A stretch of DNA of 64,000 nt from Octopus bimaculoides (taxonomy: Eukaryota). Location: contig NC_068992.1 of assembly GCF_001194135.2 (NCBI RefSeq), positions 65,252,970 to 65,316,969 of the forward strand. The letters are read 5' to 3'. Made by a program: the position numbers and the translations under genes. A model generated the notes under the pieces. It was not told where the DNA came from. It made no database searches and worked only from the letters and a program-made list of their open reading frames with translations. Below are positions 12,426 through 23,366 of this stretch, in pieces. The number at the start of each line of letters is the position of its first letter. The first letter of the stretch is position 1.

Positions 12426-13837
12426 AAGCCAGTAAATAACTCTGCAGACTTTGATGATAAAAGTGGTATTTCTAATACAGGATTTTAGTGTTTTTAATGA
12501 TAAAACGCCCACATCGATCGAAACAATGTGTACTGACACAGAACTTTGAGTTATGAGGGCTGTAGTCAGGAAATCGATATGTGGGCCAAAAAATATGTTA
12601 CTATGTTGTTTTTGCTTGTCAGTCGATGTTCCTTAATAACTACACCTTCATTGAGTTAAAGGTGATTTATGTAAGAAAGATTTCGATCTTTTTCACAAAT
12701 TAGGCAAACGAAATTCATAAGTGATACACAAGTTTTGGTTATCGATAAATAATATATTTGTCAGCACCAAGTAATTCTATTTTATATATATAAGACATAT
12801 ATTTGTCAGTTATAATGATATCTCCATGTTTCGTGTTCACTAATTTTCAAAATTTAGTTAATCGAGTTTAATACGTTTAATTTAATTAATTATGAAGTGC
12901 CTCAGATAACATGGTACGTTTGAAATCACAACAACATATTTTAGAAATTATTGTTGATTTAAAATTATAAAACATAAAAATAGTCACCTAACTTGAACGC
13001 TATTCAGAATAATTCAAAACTCAGCATACGAGAAAGAATATTGTCATATCATGTAAAAGTCTTAATTTCAAAATAAATGCTATTATCCAGCGCTCGAAGA
13101 ATAATTTGTAAAGTGTGATTGATATATTTAATAATATCCTTGAATTATTCAATCATGAAGGGTTGTGATACAAGTCTGAGTACACAGTTACTCACAATAT
13201 TGAGTACAAGATCAGTCATAAACAATCATCCTGTAGCGATTGCAAACGGCTCCAAATGAGAATTGGGGTTAATACACAGAACCTGAATTAATATGCAATT
13301 AAAGAAAATGTAATCGTTTTCTTTTGTCCAAGAGACAAGATTAGAGCTGTGAACAAGTTTCTCAGGTCACTTGTGACGTCTGTCATGGATGCTACTGGTA
13401 CTTTGGAATTTAGTACAGCCTGTTGCATGGTCTAGTTGTCGGCGACGAAACCGGCGCCCCCAATACACTTGCCTGGTGAGGAGGGGGGGGGGCTAGAAAC
13501 CCAGCAGAACTAAAAAAAAACCTGTCTAATGGACAGACGAACCTAGTATCAGTTGAACGACTATCTGACCATAACATGAGACCTCAAAAATTTCGTGTTG
13601 ATATCCGGTGTGCTGGAAGACGACTGGGAGTGAGACATGCCTTAACGTTTGTTAAAACATGCCTCTAGAACCCGCTTCATACCCAGGCTATTCTGCTTCG
13701 ATAATTGTCGGTAATTTGGTGAAAGAGTCCTCTACAATAGACAGATATAGCTATACGTTCGCGCACCTACGTACACATGTACTTGCATTCACACGCGCAT
13801 ATATATATATATGTATGTAAATGGATACATACACACA

Positions 13838-13878
<41 letters not shown>

Positions 13879-13964
13879 AGACACACGCACACATACATAT
13901 ATCATGGAAACAAGGAAAAACTTTGAGAGTAAGAGAGAATGCGGGGAGAGGTTAGAGAGTGAGA

Positions 13965-14099
13965 GAAGAAGAAGAAGAAGAAGAAGAAGAAGAAGAAGAA
14001 GAAGAAGAAGAAGAAGAAGAAGAAGAAGAAGAAGAAGAAGAAGAAGAAGAAGAAGAAGAAGAAGAAGAAGAAGAAGAAGAAGAAGAAGAAGAAGAAGAA
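13965..14099. repeat. (GAA)45 pure trinucleotide repeat
   Basis: Uninterrupted GAA from 13965 to 14099. Confidence 0.97.
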
Positions 14100-14668
14100 G
14101 ATGAGGCAAGCCATACAATACAATAGAAGAGGAGAATTGGTAATTTTTTTTAGGCTGAATGCAAAATGAAAAGCGAAAAGTGTTTGTTGAAAACTCAACT
14201 GTAAATCTCCTTGACGGACGTTGCTAAAGGCTGGGGAATTATGGGAATTCCCAATAAACTAAGTACCTTTCTCCCACATTCTCCATTCTCCACTTCAAAC
14301 AAATCTGGAAATACTAAGAATAAAAAAAAAAATTAGAAAAAGTAAAAACTGCCACACACGAAATATTAAAGTGGCCAACAACACTGTCATAAATCACTAG
14401 TTTGTGTGAATTAGCCGTAATGCCTTCAGTAAAAGAAACAAATAATGACCTATCCGATCAATCAAGCATTTGGCTTGCTGTTGCTGTTGTTGTTGTTTGT
14501 CTAAAACTGTATTATCGAGAAAAATAATCTATTTTAGCATCGGTTTATTGATTAAATCTGTGCAAATGCCAGAGGAAGGTTTTGAAACGATGTTCGATTA
14601 GTGTTTGACTTCGTGACCTCAGTTTCGATACCTGCGAGAGTTAGACTTCAGTATTTAGTGTTCGCTAA

Positions 14669-14780
14669 TGGTGGTGATCTGGTAGAATAGTTAGTACAGT
14701 CTCCTTTACATCGAGAGTTCAAATTCCGCCCAGATCAATTTTGCCTTTCATCCTTTCAAGATCAGGAAAATAAGTACGAA
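14669..14780 (+). mobile_element. SINE family A, degenerate and internally deleted
   Basis: GGTGGTGATCTGGTAGAATAGTTAG...GAGTTCAAATTCCGCCCAGATCAATTTTGCCTTTCATCCTTTC...AAATAAGTAC. Confidence 0.75.
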
Positions 14781-14831
14781 TAAAATACAACAAAATAAGT
14801 ACTACAAAGGAAGCTGGCAAAGTCGTTAATA

Positions 14832-14900
14832 CGGTGGAATTTGAAGTCAGAACGTGAAGACGGACGAAATGCCGCGAAGCATTTAGCGTGCCGACGATTC
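14832..14900 (-). mobile_element. SINE family A head fragment
   Basis: CGGTGGAATTTGAAGTCAGAACGTGAAGACGGACGAAATGCCGCGAAGCATTT. Confidence 0.75.
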
Positions 14901-15099
14901 TTTTCTACTCTAGGCACAAGGCCTGAAATATTTTAGGAGGGGACCAGTCGATTATATCGACTGGTCTTAATTTAACGACCCCGAAAGGATGAAAGACAAA
15001 GTAGACCTTGGCGGAATTTGAACTCAGAACATAAAGACAGACGAAATGCCGCAAATCGTTTCGCCCGGCGTGCTAACGTTTCTCCCAGTTTGCGGCTTT
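14898..15099 (-). mobile_element. SINE family A, near full length
   Basis: Plus strand TTCTTTTCTACTCTAGGCACAAGGCCTGAAAT...GACCCCGAAAGGATGAAAG...GGCGGAATTTGAACTCAG...CCCGGCGTGCTAACGTTTCT. Confidence 0.9.
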
Positions 15100-15102
15100 G
15101 CA

Positions 15103-15245
15103 TTTTGGCTATCTTTACGTCGAGGACGGCATTGCCATTTACCCTTCTGGGATCTATAAATTGAAAACTAGTCGAAGTTTGGAGTCAATGTAATGAACTA
15201 AACTTGTCTCCAAAAATTCAGGCTTTGTGACTATAAAAGAAAAGC
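15103..15245 (+). mobile_element. SINE family A, highly degenerate
   Basis: CTTTACGT...TTGCCATTTACCCTTCTGGGATCTATAAATT...AAAATTCAGGCTTTGTGACTATAAAAGAAAAG resembles the family A body and tail. Confidence 0.55.
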
Positions 15246-15651
15246 TTATTTTCTCTTTACCAAAGTTCCGTTAATTTTCGATGATATTAAAGATAGTTTT
15301 CCTTGCCTTCAACACTGTAACCTAATACAATATATACGTAACATTCCTACATAAAAAATATGAGCATTTAAACTGTTAACGAAATGTCATTTAGACAATA
15401 ATGATATTAGGAATCTAGAACTTTCTCGATAAACTCCTGTTCAAGGCATAAAGTAAATTGTTCTATAAATTTCCGAACTTAAGGAAAAATTGACATAAGT
15501 TACTGATTAGCGAGGAAAAAACAACAAAAAGAAAGCCGTCGTTTGTTGAATATATGAGCGTGTTTATTGTGAATGGCTGGTGATTTCTTTCGACGATCTT
15601 ATTCTTCAATCGAAAATATCGAGTGAGATCGAAATGGCACAGATCTAGCAA

Positions 15652-15992
15652 TCTTTTGTCTTTTATCTTTTGCTTGAATCAGTCATTGGAGTGTGGCCAT
15701 GCTGGGACACCACCTTGAAGGCTTTTGTATAGCAGATGAGCTTTGCTGCTTATTTTTCTTAAAAAGCCTAGCACTTATTGTGTTTCCCAACTCCTACGAT
15801 ACAGGGACGTAAACAAACTAACAACGGTTGTCAAGTAGTGCATGTGAACACACATTCCCACATCTACATATATCTGACGAAGTTCTTCCAGTTCCTCTCT
15901 ACCAGATCCATTCGTAGCAACAAAAGTGTAGCGGGACTGAACCCGGAGCCTCGTAGCCGGGAAGCAAGCGTCTTGCCACACAGCCACGCCTG
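15652..15992 (-). mobile_element. SINE family B (tRNA head plus CORE-like domain; OR2-like), internally deleted
   Basis: Minus strand head GGCGTGGCTGTGTGGCAAGACGCTTGCTTCCC...CCGGGTTCAGTCCC; tail ...AAGGTGGTGTCCCAGCATGGCCACAC...ATGACTGATTCAAGCAAAAGA. Confidence 0.8.
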
Positions 15993-16515
15993 ATGCTGGA
16001 CATTCTTCTCTAAGCCGTTTTTGTTTCGGTTGTAGAATTTTCATGGATGCAAGATTCCAAGGAAATTCGAATAAAAGGCAAATCTATAATATGGAACAAA
16101 GTGTCACATTTAGACATAATGATTTCACGTGAAGAGGGTAGTCTTGATAAACAATTTAGCGTTTAGCTTGTAGCGGACTAACTCTAGACGTTGGTAAATA
16201 ACGGAACATCATGGAGGCTGATTAGAATTAAATCACGTGATCAGTGATTAAATAAATTGTTCGTTGTTAGCTGTTAATTAGTTTTCTTCCACTATATACT
16301 TAAACATATTTCTTCGTAGTAATTTGGATGAAAGGAAACGGGTAACGATTTTATGGGAAGTTAATCCGTGAATTAGGAGATTCTTATGAAGACATAAGAC
16401 TTAATGGCTTGAAAGGTGTAATTAAATAATGGCAGACATTTTAATTTTTCTGCGCTGCTGAATAGTAAATACAGTAACTTTCATTACAAGTAGTATCCTC
16501 AAACAACAACATTAA

Positions 16516-16550
<35 letters not shown>

Positions 16551-16711
16551 ACAACAACAACCTATTTTCTCTTTATTACATATCTCGATGTTTAATGGGT
16601 TGATCTATGAAAACAATCTGAATGTAAGACTATCGTATAAGGCCGCCATTTATAAAGAGGAGAAAGTGTAGATGTTAAGGGAATGGGGAGATAAAATTCT
16701 GTTGAAGCAAC

Positions 16712-16912
16712 TTATTCGAATTCAGCTGGACGGCCAGAAAGAGGTGCGTCTTTGAGGTCAAAATTTCCATTTTTGAACTTGGCAAACCAATCACGAGCGG
16801 TTCTTTCAGCTATGGTAATCTCTCCATACACAGCACAAATGTCGCAAGCAGCTTTTCCGGCCTTAGAACCTTGATTAGAATCCAAAAGAGGGACGTGTCG
16901 AAAATGCTCGTT
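16712..16912 (-). pseudogene. Mariner transposase N-terminal HTH relic, cut by an assembly gap
   Basis: 66-aa frame NEHFRHVPLLDSNQGSKAGKAACDICAVYGEITIAERTARDWFAKFKNGNFDLKDAPLSGRPAEFE*, matching the Mos1-type HTH (EHFRH.LLF....G..A..A...IC.VYG......T...WF..F..G.F.L.D.PRSGRP). Premature stop at 16712-16714. Confidence 0.9.
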
Positions 16913-19123
16913 TTNNNNNNNNNNNNNNNNNNNNNNNNNNNNNNNNNNNNNNNNNNNNNNNNNNNNNNNNNNNNNNNNNNNNNNNNNNNNNNNNNNNNNN
17001 NNNNNNNNNNNNNNNNNNNNNNNNNNNNNNNNNNNNNNNNNNNNNNNNNNNNNNNNNNNNNNNNNNNNNNNNNNNNNNNNNNNNNNNNNNNNNNNNNNNN
17101 NNNNNNNNNNNNNNNNNNNNNNNNNNNNNNNNNNNNNNNNNNNNNNNNNNNNNNNNNNNNNNNNNNNNNNNNNNNNNNNNNNNNNNNNNNNNNNNNNNNN
17201 NNNNNNNNNNNNNNNNNNNNNNNNNNNNNNNNNNNNNNNNNNNNNNNNNNNNNNNNNNNNNNNNNNNNNNNNNNNNNNNNNNNNNNNNNNNNNNNNNNNN
17301 NNNNNNNNNNNNNNNNNNNNNNNNNNNNNNNNNNNNNNNNNNNNNNNNNNNNNNNNNNNNNNNNNNNNNNNNNNNNNNNNNNNNNNNNNNNNNNNNNNNN
17401 NNNNNNNNNNNNNNNNNNNNAAAACATATAATAAAAGAGTATATGCATATATACGTTACACATATACAGTGAGAGACAAGAGAAAGAGAGAGTAAAATAG
17501 AGTGAGAAAGAAAGAAAGTGAGAGGTTGCGTGTGTCGCTGCGTGAAAGAGAAGTCCTCTGTACTTATAAATGTTTTTCTGTAGAACGTTATCGATGGAGA
17601 AACTAAAATTGCTGTGTTTTATTGGTAGACTTAAAAAAAAAAAAAGACTTGATAATGACAGTTGAACGTTCGGATCTCATCGATCGAATTGCGAACAATA
17701 GATGAACTCACCCACCAGCGCTTCTCGTATAAAATATTCGTTTATATTTGAAGTTAGCAAATATCCGTATAACAACATTCCCGAATTTGGAAGAAACGAA
17801 GAGAAAGAAGTTTTCACTGATGGCGTTTCAATTAGAAATTTTATGAAACCTAATAATTTTCTGTCTGATTGTTGTAGAAAATCTGTTAACATTTGTTAAA
17901 CCGCAACATCATTTAACTCTGTAGTTGCCGCCTTAATCGCGTTTATCACATCGATAAGAGATATAATTCTCTAGTATATCCTTCTCTTTGTAATACATTA
18001 CGATTACAATAGATACATACATACATACATGCATACATACATATATACATATATATATATACACATATATTTTCATATATACATGTATATATATACACAT
18101 ATATATATATGTACCACCCTAAAGCATTGTTGATATTTTACTGCGTTAACTATAGAAGGTAAACACAGCTTCCATGTCTAATCTGGTTATCGTATCCTAG
18201 CCTTAACTAGCGAGCAAAGTATCTTTTCCTGACGTGTTATAAATATATGAAAGAATAGTTTCTGCCTCAAAGTCATTTCTTCACTAATCAGCAATTCTGC
18301 GAAAGTTTCGTTTCACGTAAAGCATCTTTGTATTGTCAGAATAAAACAAATTTCGTACGTCACTGGACATCGAGAGAGTATGAGACCGTCCGAGGTTCAC
18401 TCGAGATTAATGATTGGTTTGTTCAAGATGTAATCATCTTAATTCCTTTTATATTACTTATTCTTTCAGAAAAATTGCCACAGACCAAACAGTTGGTTCA
18501 TTAATCCAACTCTATATCGTTTGCGCTGTTGCCAGGATCAGAGGTTTAGAATTTTCGATCGTTTCACATTTGTGCGGTTGGAAGCGGAAGGATTAGAACA
18601 CAATCGCTACCTCGGTTCTCCCGTTACTTACCTTTCACTTCATGACCTCTGACATTCATTAATAAATATTAATATGTTTTGTTTTTGTTTTACATTGACA
18701 TAACCAATATTTTTTAATGAGATCTGAAGTCGTTTAAATCAAATTCATAACATGACTTGTTATTTTTTCATCGATTTGGGAATGATCAAAGCCTTGGAGA
18801 CAAACGAAAGATCTGAAATCAATTAAAAATAAAGATTTCTAATACTAATAATAATGTTTTCTTTAAAAATCAATAGTAAATATTAATTTCATTGTAGTTC
18901 AATTGAAATTTATGTAATTTCATACAAATATATCTAAAAGAGGATTATTTACTAAACGTTAGCAGGATAATTGGCTCACGTAAAAGATATAATTAAGTTT
19001 TATGATAAAGCTAATTAGTTTGTGCCAAGGTCTAACTACTCGAAGATAAATGTTCACTTCCTGTTTGAAATGAGAATCTAACGAGTTAAGACTCATTCAT
19101 ATTGACTTTGTTTAATTTTATCG

Positions 19124-19155
19124 CCACTAGATGGCGCCGTTGTTAGAGTGACTCA
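19124..19155 (+). promoter_or_regulatory. Consensus CTCF motif with adjacent AP-1 site
   Basis: CCACTAGATGGCGC (19124-19137) matches CCASYAGRKGGCRS at all 14 positions; TGACTCA at 19149-19155. Confidence 0.45.
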
Positions 19156-19876
19156 TGAACTATATTGCTTCTTTTAGCAATGTATTATCCTGGTCTGAGC
19201 TCCCAACAGGATCGAACGCAGCTCGATAAAATAGCTCACCTATTCAAGTACAGGACTTGTTCAAATAAACCTCATTTCTCTGTAAGAAATTACTGATGCA
19301 CTGGGGTCGATATAGTCGATATAATTGACTTGTCCCGGCCCTCAAAAACCTGAGGCCTTACACCAGAATTAGAAACAATAATTAACACTGAATTCTCCAT
19401 CACCGATCAGTGTGGCTAATAAATTTGATAGGACGATACAACCTCTTAATTAATCTTCAACGCTTCCATAATTATAAGATGGTAACAGAAGCAGACGACA
19501 ACGGATTTTCTTTGATTGCAACACAAATGAAATGGGTTAACGTTTGAGCAAATTCAACAATGATTTATAGATGAAACATAAACTTGGCTCAAACGTATAT
19601 TACTGGTACTAATTTAATCAACCTCCATGGAATAGACAACATATACAATTAGGATTAGAACCTAGAATTACCAAGGACACAAGTGAGCAGTTTCGTCGAA
19701 TTAGAAAGAAAAGTATTGGTTGTGAGACTAATGCATTTTCCAAGTGGATTAAATACAGAAAATATTCTTGTAGTGAAATTGATTGTTAATTACAACGACA
19801 TAGGAACAGATATTTGGTACTAGCAGTTTACCGAATTGGGACGATTAGAATGTAGAACGTAAAGAGATGGTCAAGT

Positions 19877-20066
19877 AATCCTTTCCATTAGAGGCACAAG
19901 GCCTGAAAACTTGGGGTAGTTTTCTACTGGTACATATTTCATCGTCAAAGAAAATATGACAGCAAAGTCAACCTCGGCGGAATTTGAACTCAGAACTTTA
20001 ATACGGAAGAAATGCTGCTAAGCCTTTTTCCCCGGCGTGCTAACGATTCTGCCAGCGTGTCACCTT
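19877..20066 (-). mobile_element. SINE family A, internally deleted
   Basis: AATCCTTTCCATTAGAGGCACAAGGCCTG...GCAAAGTCAACCTCGGCGGAATTTGAACTCAG...CCGGCGTGCTAACGATTCTGCCAGC. Confidence 0.85.
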
Positions 20067-20216
20067 AGCTGGATCAAATGATGCAAGCTAATTGGTCCAA
20101 AGCGCTAATAATTGTAGAACTCTATCTGTCTTGAGATATAAATTAATAGAATATCTGACCCTGTTTGTGTGTGTGACCTGTATCATTACTGCGGTGATAT
20201 TATTGTTTAGTCTGAA

Positions 20217-20425
20217 AATGGAGTTGGCGGAATCGTCCACGCGTCGGGAAAATGCTTGGCAGAATTCCACCAGGTACTTACATCGTGTGTGCAAATCCCG
20301 CTGAGGTCACCTTTGCCCTTCATTGTTTCGGGGTTGTTAATCTAAAGTATCAGTCAATTACTAGGGATGATGTAATCGACTAGCCTACTCCCTAAGTTTC
20401 AGACCCCGTGCCTATATTAGAAGCA
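20217..20425 (+). mobile_element. SINE family A, degenerate, full length
   Basis: GGAGTTGGCGGAATCGTCCACGCGTCGGGAAAATGCTT...GAGGTCACCTTTGCCCTTCATTGTTTCGGGG...GTGCCTATATTAGAAG. Confidence 0.75.
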
Positions 20426-21108
20426 GTCATTGTCTATCCCTAAATCAGTACTACGTATAACCAAGCCGTCCATTCATGATCATGCCATCTTTATACATAA
20501 CCAGTAGTCTATTGGACACTGTATCATTCACTTTACAAAAGAGTGGTTTGTAATTTTAGAGACATCGGTTGCCATTTTTAGCATGACACAGAACCAATTG
20601 TATTCCCCTCGTTAGCTGTTTTACTATTAATATAATGACTGAATAGATAATCCCATAACTCCGAGATATCTCCAGAATTCACGCTCCACCCATACCATCA
20701 TATATCTCTGGCTTTTTCATGCATAATAATTTCTTGATAATCACAAGTGACAATGTCTTTAAAACAGAGTGTCGAAAGAGCCGGCAGCAGTTTCTGAATC
20801 AAATTGTGTAGCTTGCCAATTATGTAAGGAAACACCTTCTAGTTTCATTCACTTAATAAGTAAACACATAGAATCGATGTATTATTTTTAGAATATCATT
20901 TACCCAGCACAATCGAGTAATTTTATAGCAAATAACTAGGATAATTAAATGGGTAATGAAGTCGATCCGTTAACGCTTGCCACTCAAGTTCACTGTATAT
21001 ATGTGTGAGTGGATGTTTTTAGTGTGTATTGAGCGTGTGAGTGCGAGTGCGTAGATATGTATATATATATATATATATATATATNNNNNNNNNNNNNNNN
21101 TATATATT

Positions 21109-21157
<49 letters not shown>

Positions 21158-21225
21158 ATGTCTATGTATATTATATATATATATATATGTCTATATATTT
21201 ATACACATACATATGTATGTACTTT

Positions 21226-21603
21226 TTTTTACTCTTTTACTTGTTTAAATCATTTGAATGCGGTCATGCTGGAACACCACTTTAAGTCGGGCAAATCGAC
21301 CCCAGAACATATTCTTTGGAAGCCTAGTACTTATTCTATCGGTTCTGTTACTAAACCGCTAAGTTACGGGAACATAAACACACCACTATCGGTTGTCAAG
21401 CGATGTTGGGGACAAACACAAACATACAAACATATACACACACATACATATATATTTATACATATATACGACGAGCTTGTTTCAGTTTCCGTCTACCAAA
21501 TGCACTCACAAGGCTTTGGTCAGCCCGACGCCACAGTAGAAGACACTTGCCCAAGTGCGACGCAGTGGGAAATTACCCGGAACCATGTGGTTGGGAAGCA
21601 AGC
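21226..21603 (-). mobile_element. SINE family B (CORE-like), near full length with internal microsatellite
   Basis: Minus strand: TGCTTGCTTCCCAACCACATGGTTCCGGG...CCCACTGCGTCGCACTTGGGCAAGTGTCTT (CORE-like)...GGTAGACGGAAACTGAAAC-(TATG/TG)n-TTTGTCCCCAACATCGCTTGACAACCG...CCAGCATGACCGCA...AAGTAAAAGAGTAAAA. Confidence 0.9.
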
Positions 21604-21617
21604 ATACATATATACTC

Positions 21618-21660
<43 letters not shown>

Positions 21661-22534
21661 CCCACATACACATTTATATGAACGCATGCGTGTTGCATAT
21701 GTTTTTACGTAAGCCTTCCTTTGCATCATTTAATGTATATGGGTGACCACTTCTTTCTATTTTGATTATGGCTTTTTCTTTCATTTGCATATTTTTAAGA
21801 ATGAAAAAATAATTTATCAGAGTCTATTTTTTACACTAGAACCGATATAGAATGTCAGAGGATATATCAGCCATTAAGAAATGGTAGATTCCCCACATTT
21901 GGGTGATCAGTAACAAGGAACAAGACGGACATAGCCACTCGGGTTTCCGCCGATGGTATCTCGCACAGTGGACCTTTACGCTACAGGAAACTCAAGACTT
22001 TGTAGTGTTTTTATCGTTTTGGACAGCCCTGAATGTCAACTAACTTTCATAAAAAAAAGACATTTTGTGGCAGTGTGTGGAGGATACCATACTTCCTGCA
22101 CAAAGAAGTCGTTAGTTCAGTGGGTGTAATTTTGTCTTGAGTATGTTCAAACATCTCTGCCTAATTGTGCATCCTGAACTGAGGCTTAAGGAGGTACAAG
22201 TACTACACAAAAACCGAGTCTATGCTACAGCTGTTCACGATATATAGATACGTCGTCGCTAACCTACAGAGTATGTCTCGATGACGACATTCTAAGTTAG
22301 TTTCGCGTTGGTACACCTAAATCTAATAATAGATATCTTTCTCTCCGCAAAAAAAAAAAAAATTCAGCTAACGACTTGATATGTTTATATAAAGATACAT
22401 ATATTGTGATTGTGATCTAATGCGGCATTAAGTGCGAATAGAAAAAATACACGCGCTAATGTATGCGTGAGTAAAGGTAAATATGCATGTACATATGTGT
22501 GCATGAACGTATAGGTACTAGTGCTTGTATACAA

Positions 22535-23366
<832 letters not shown>

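Noticed and set aside
13811-14104. ORFs with poly-Arg, poly-Leu or poly-Phe runs
   Set aside because: Pure translation of (GAA)45 and (CA)n; no protein signal.
14243-14252. NF-kB-like GGGAATTCCC (also GGGAATCCCC at 54926-54935)
   Set aside because: Isolated short motifs with no clustering or other support.
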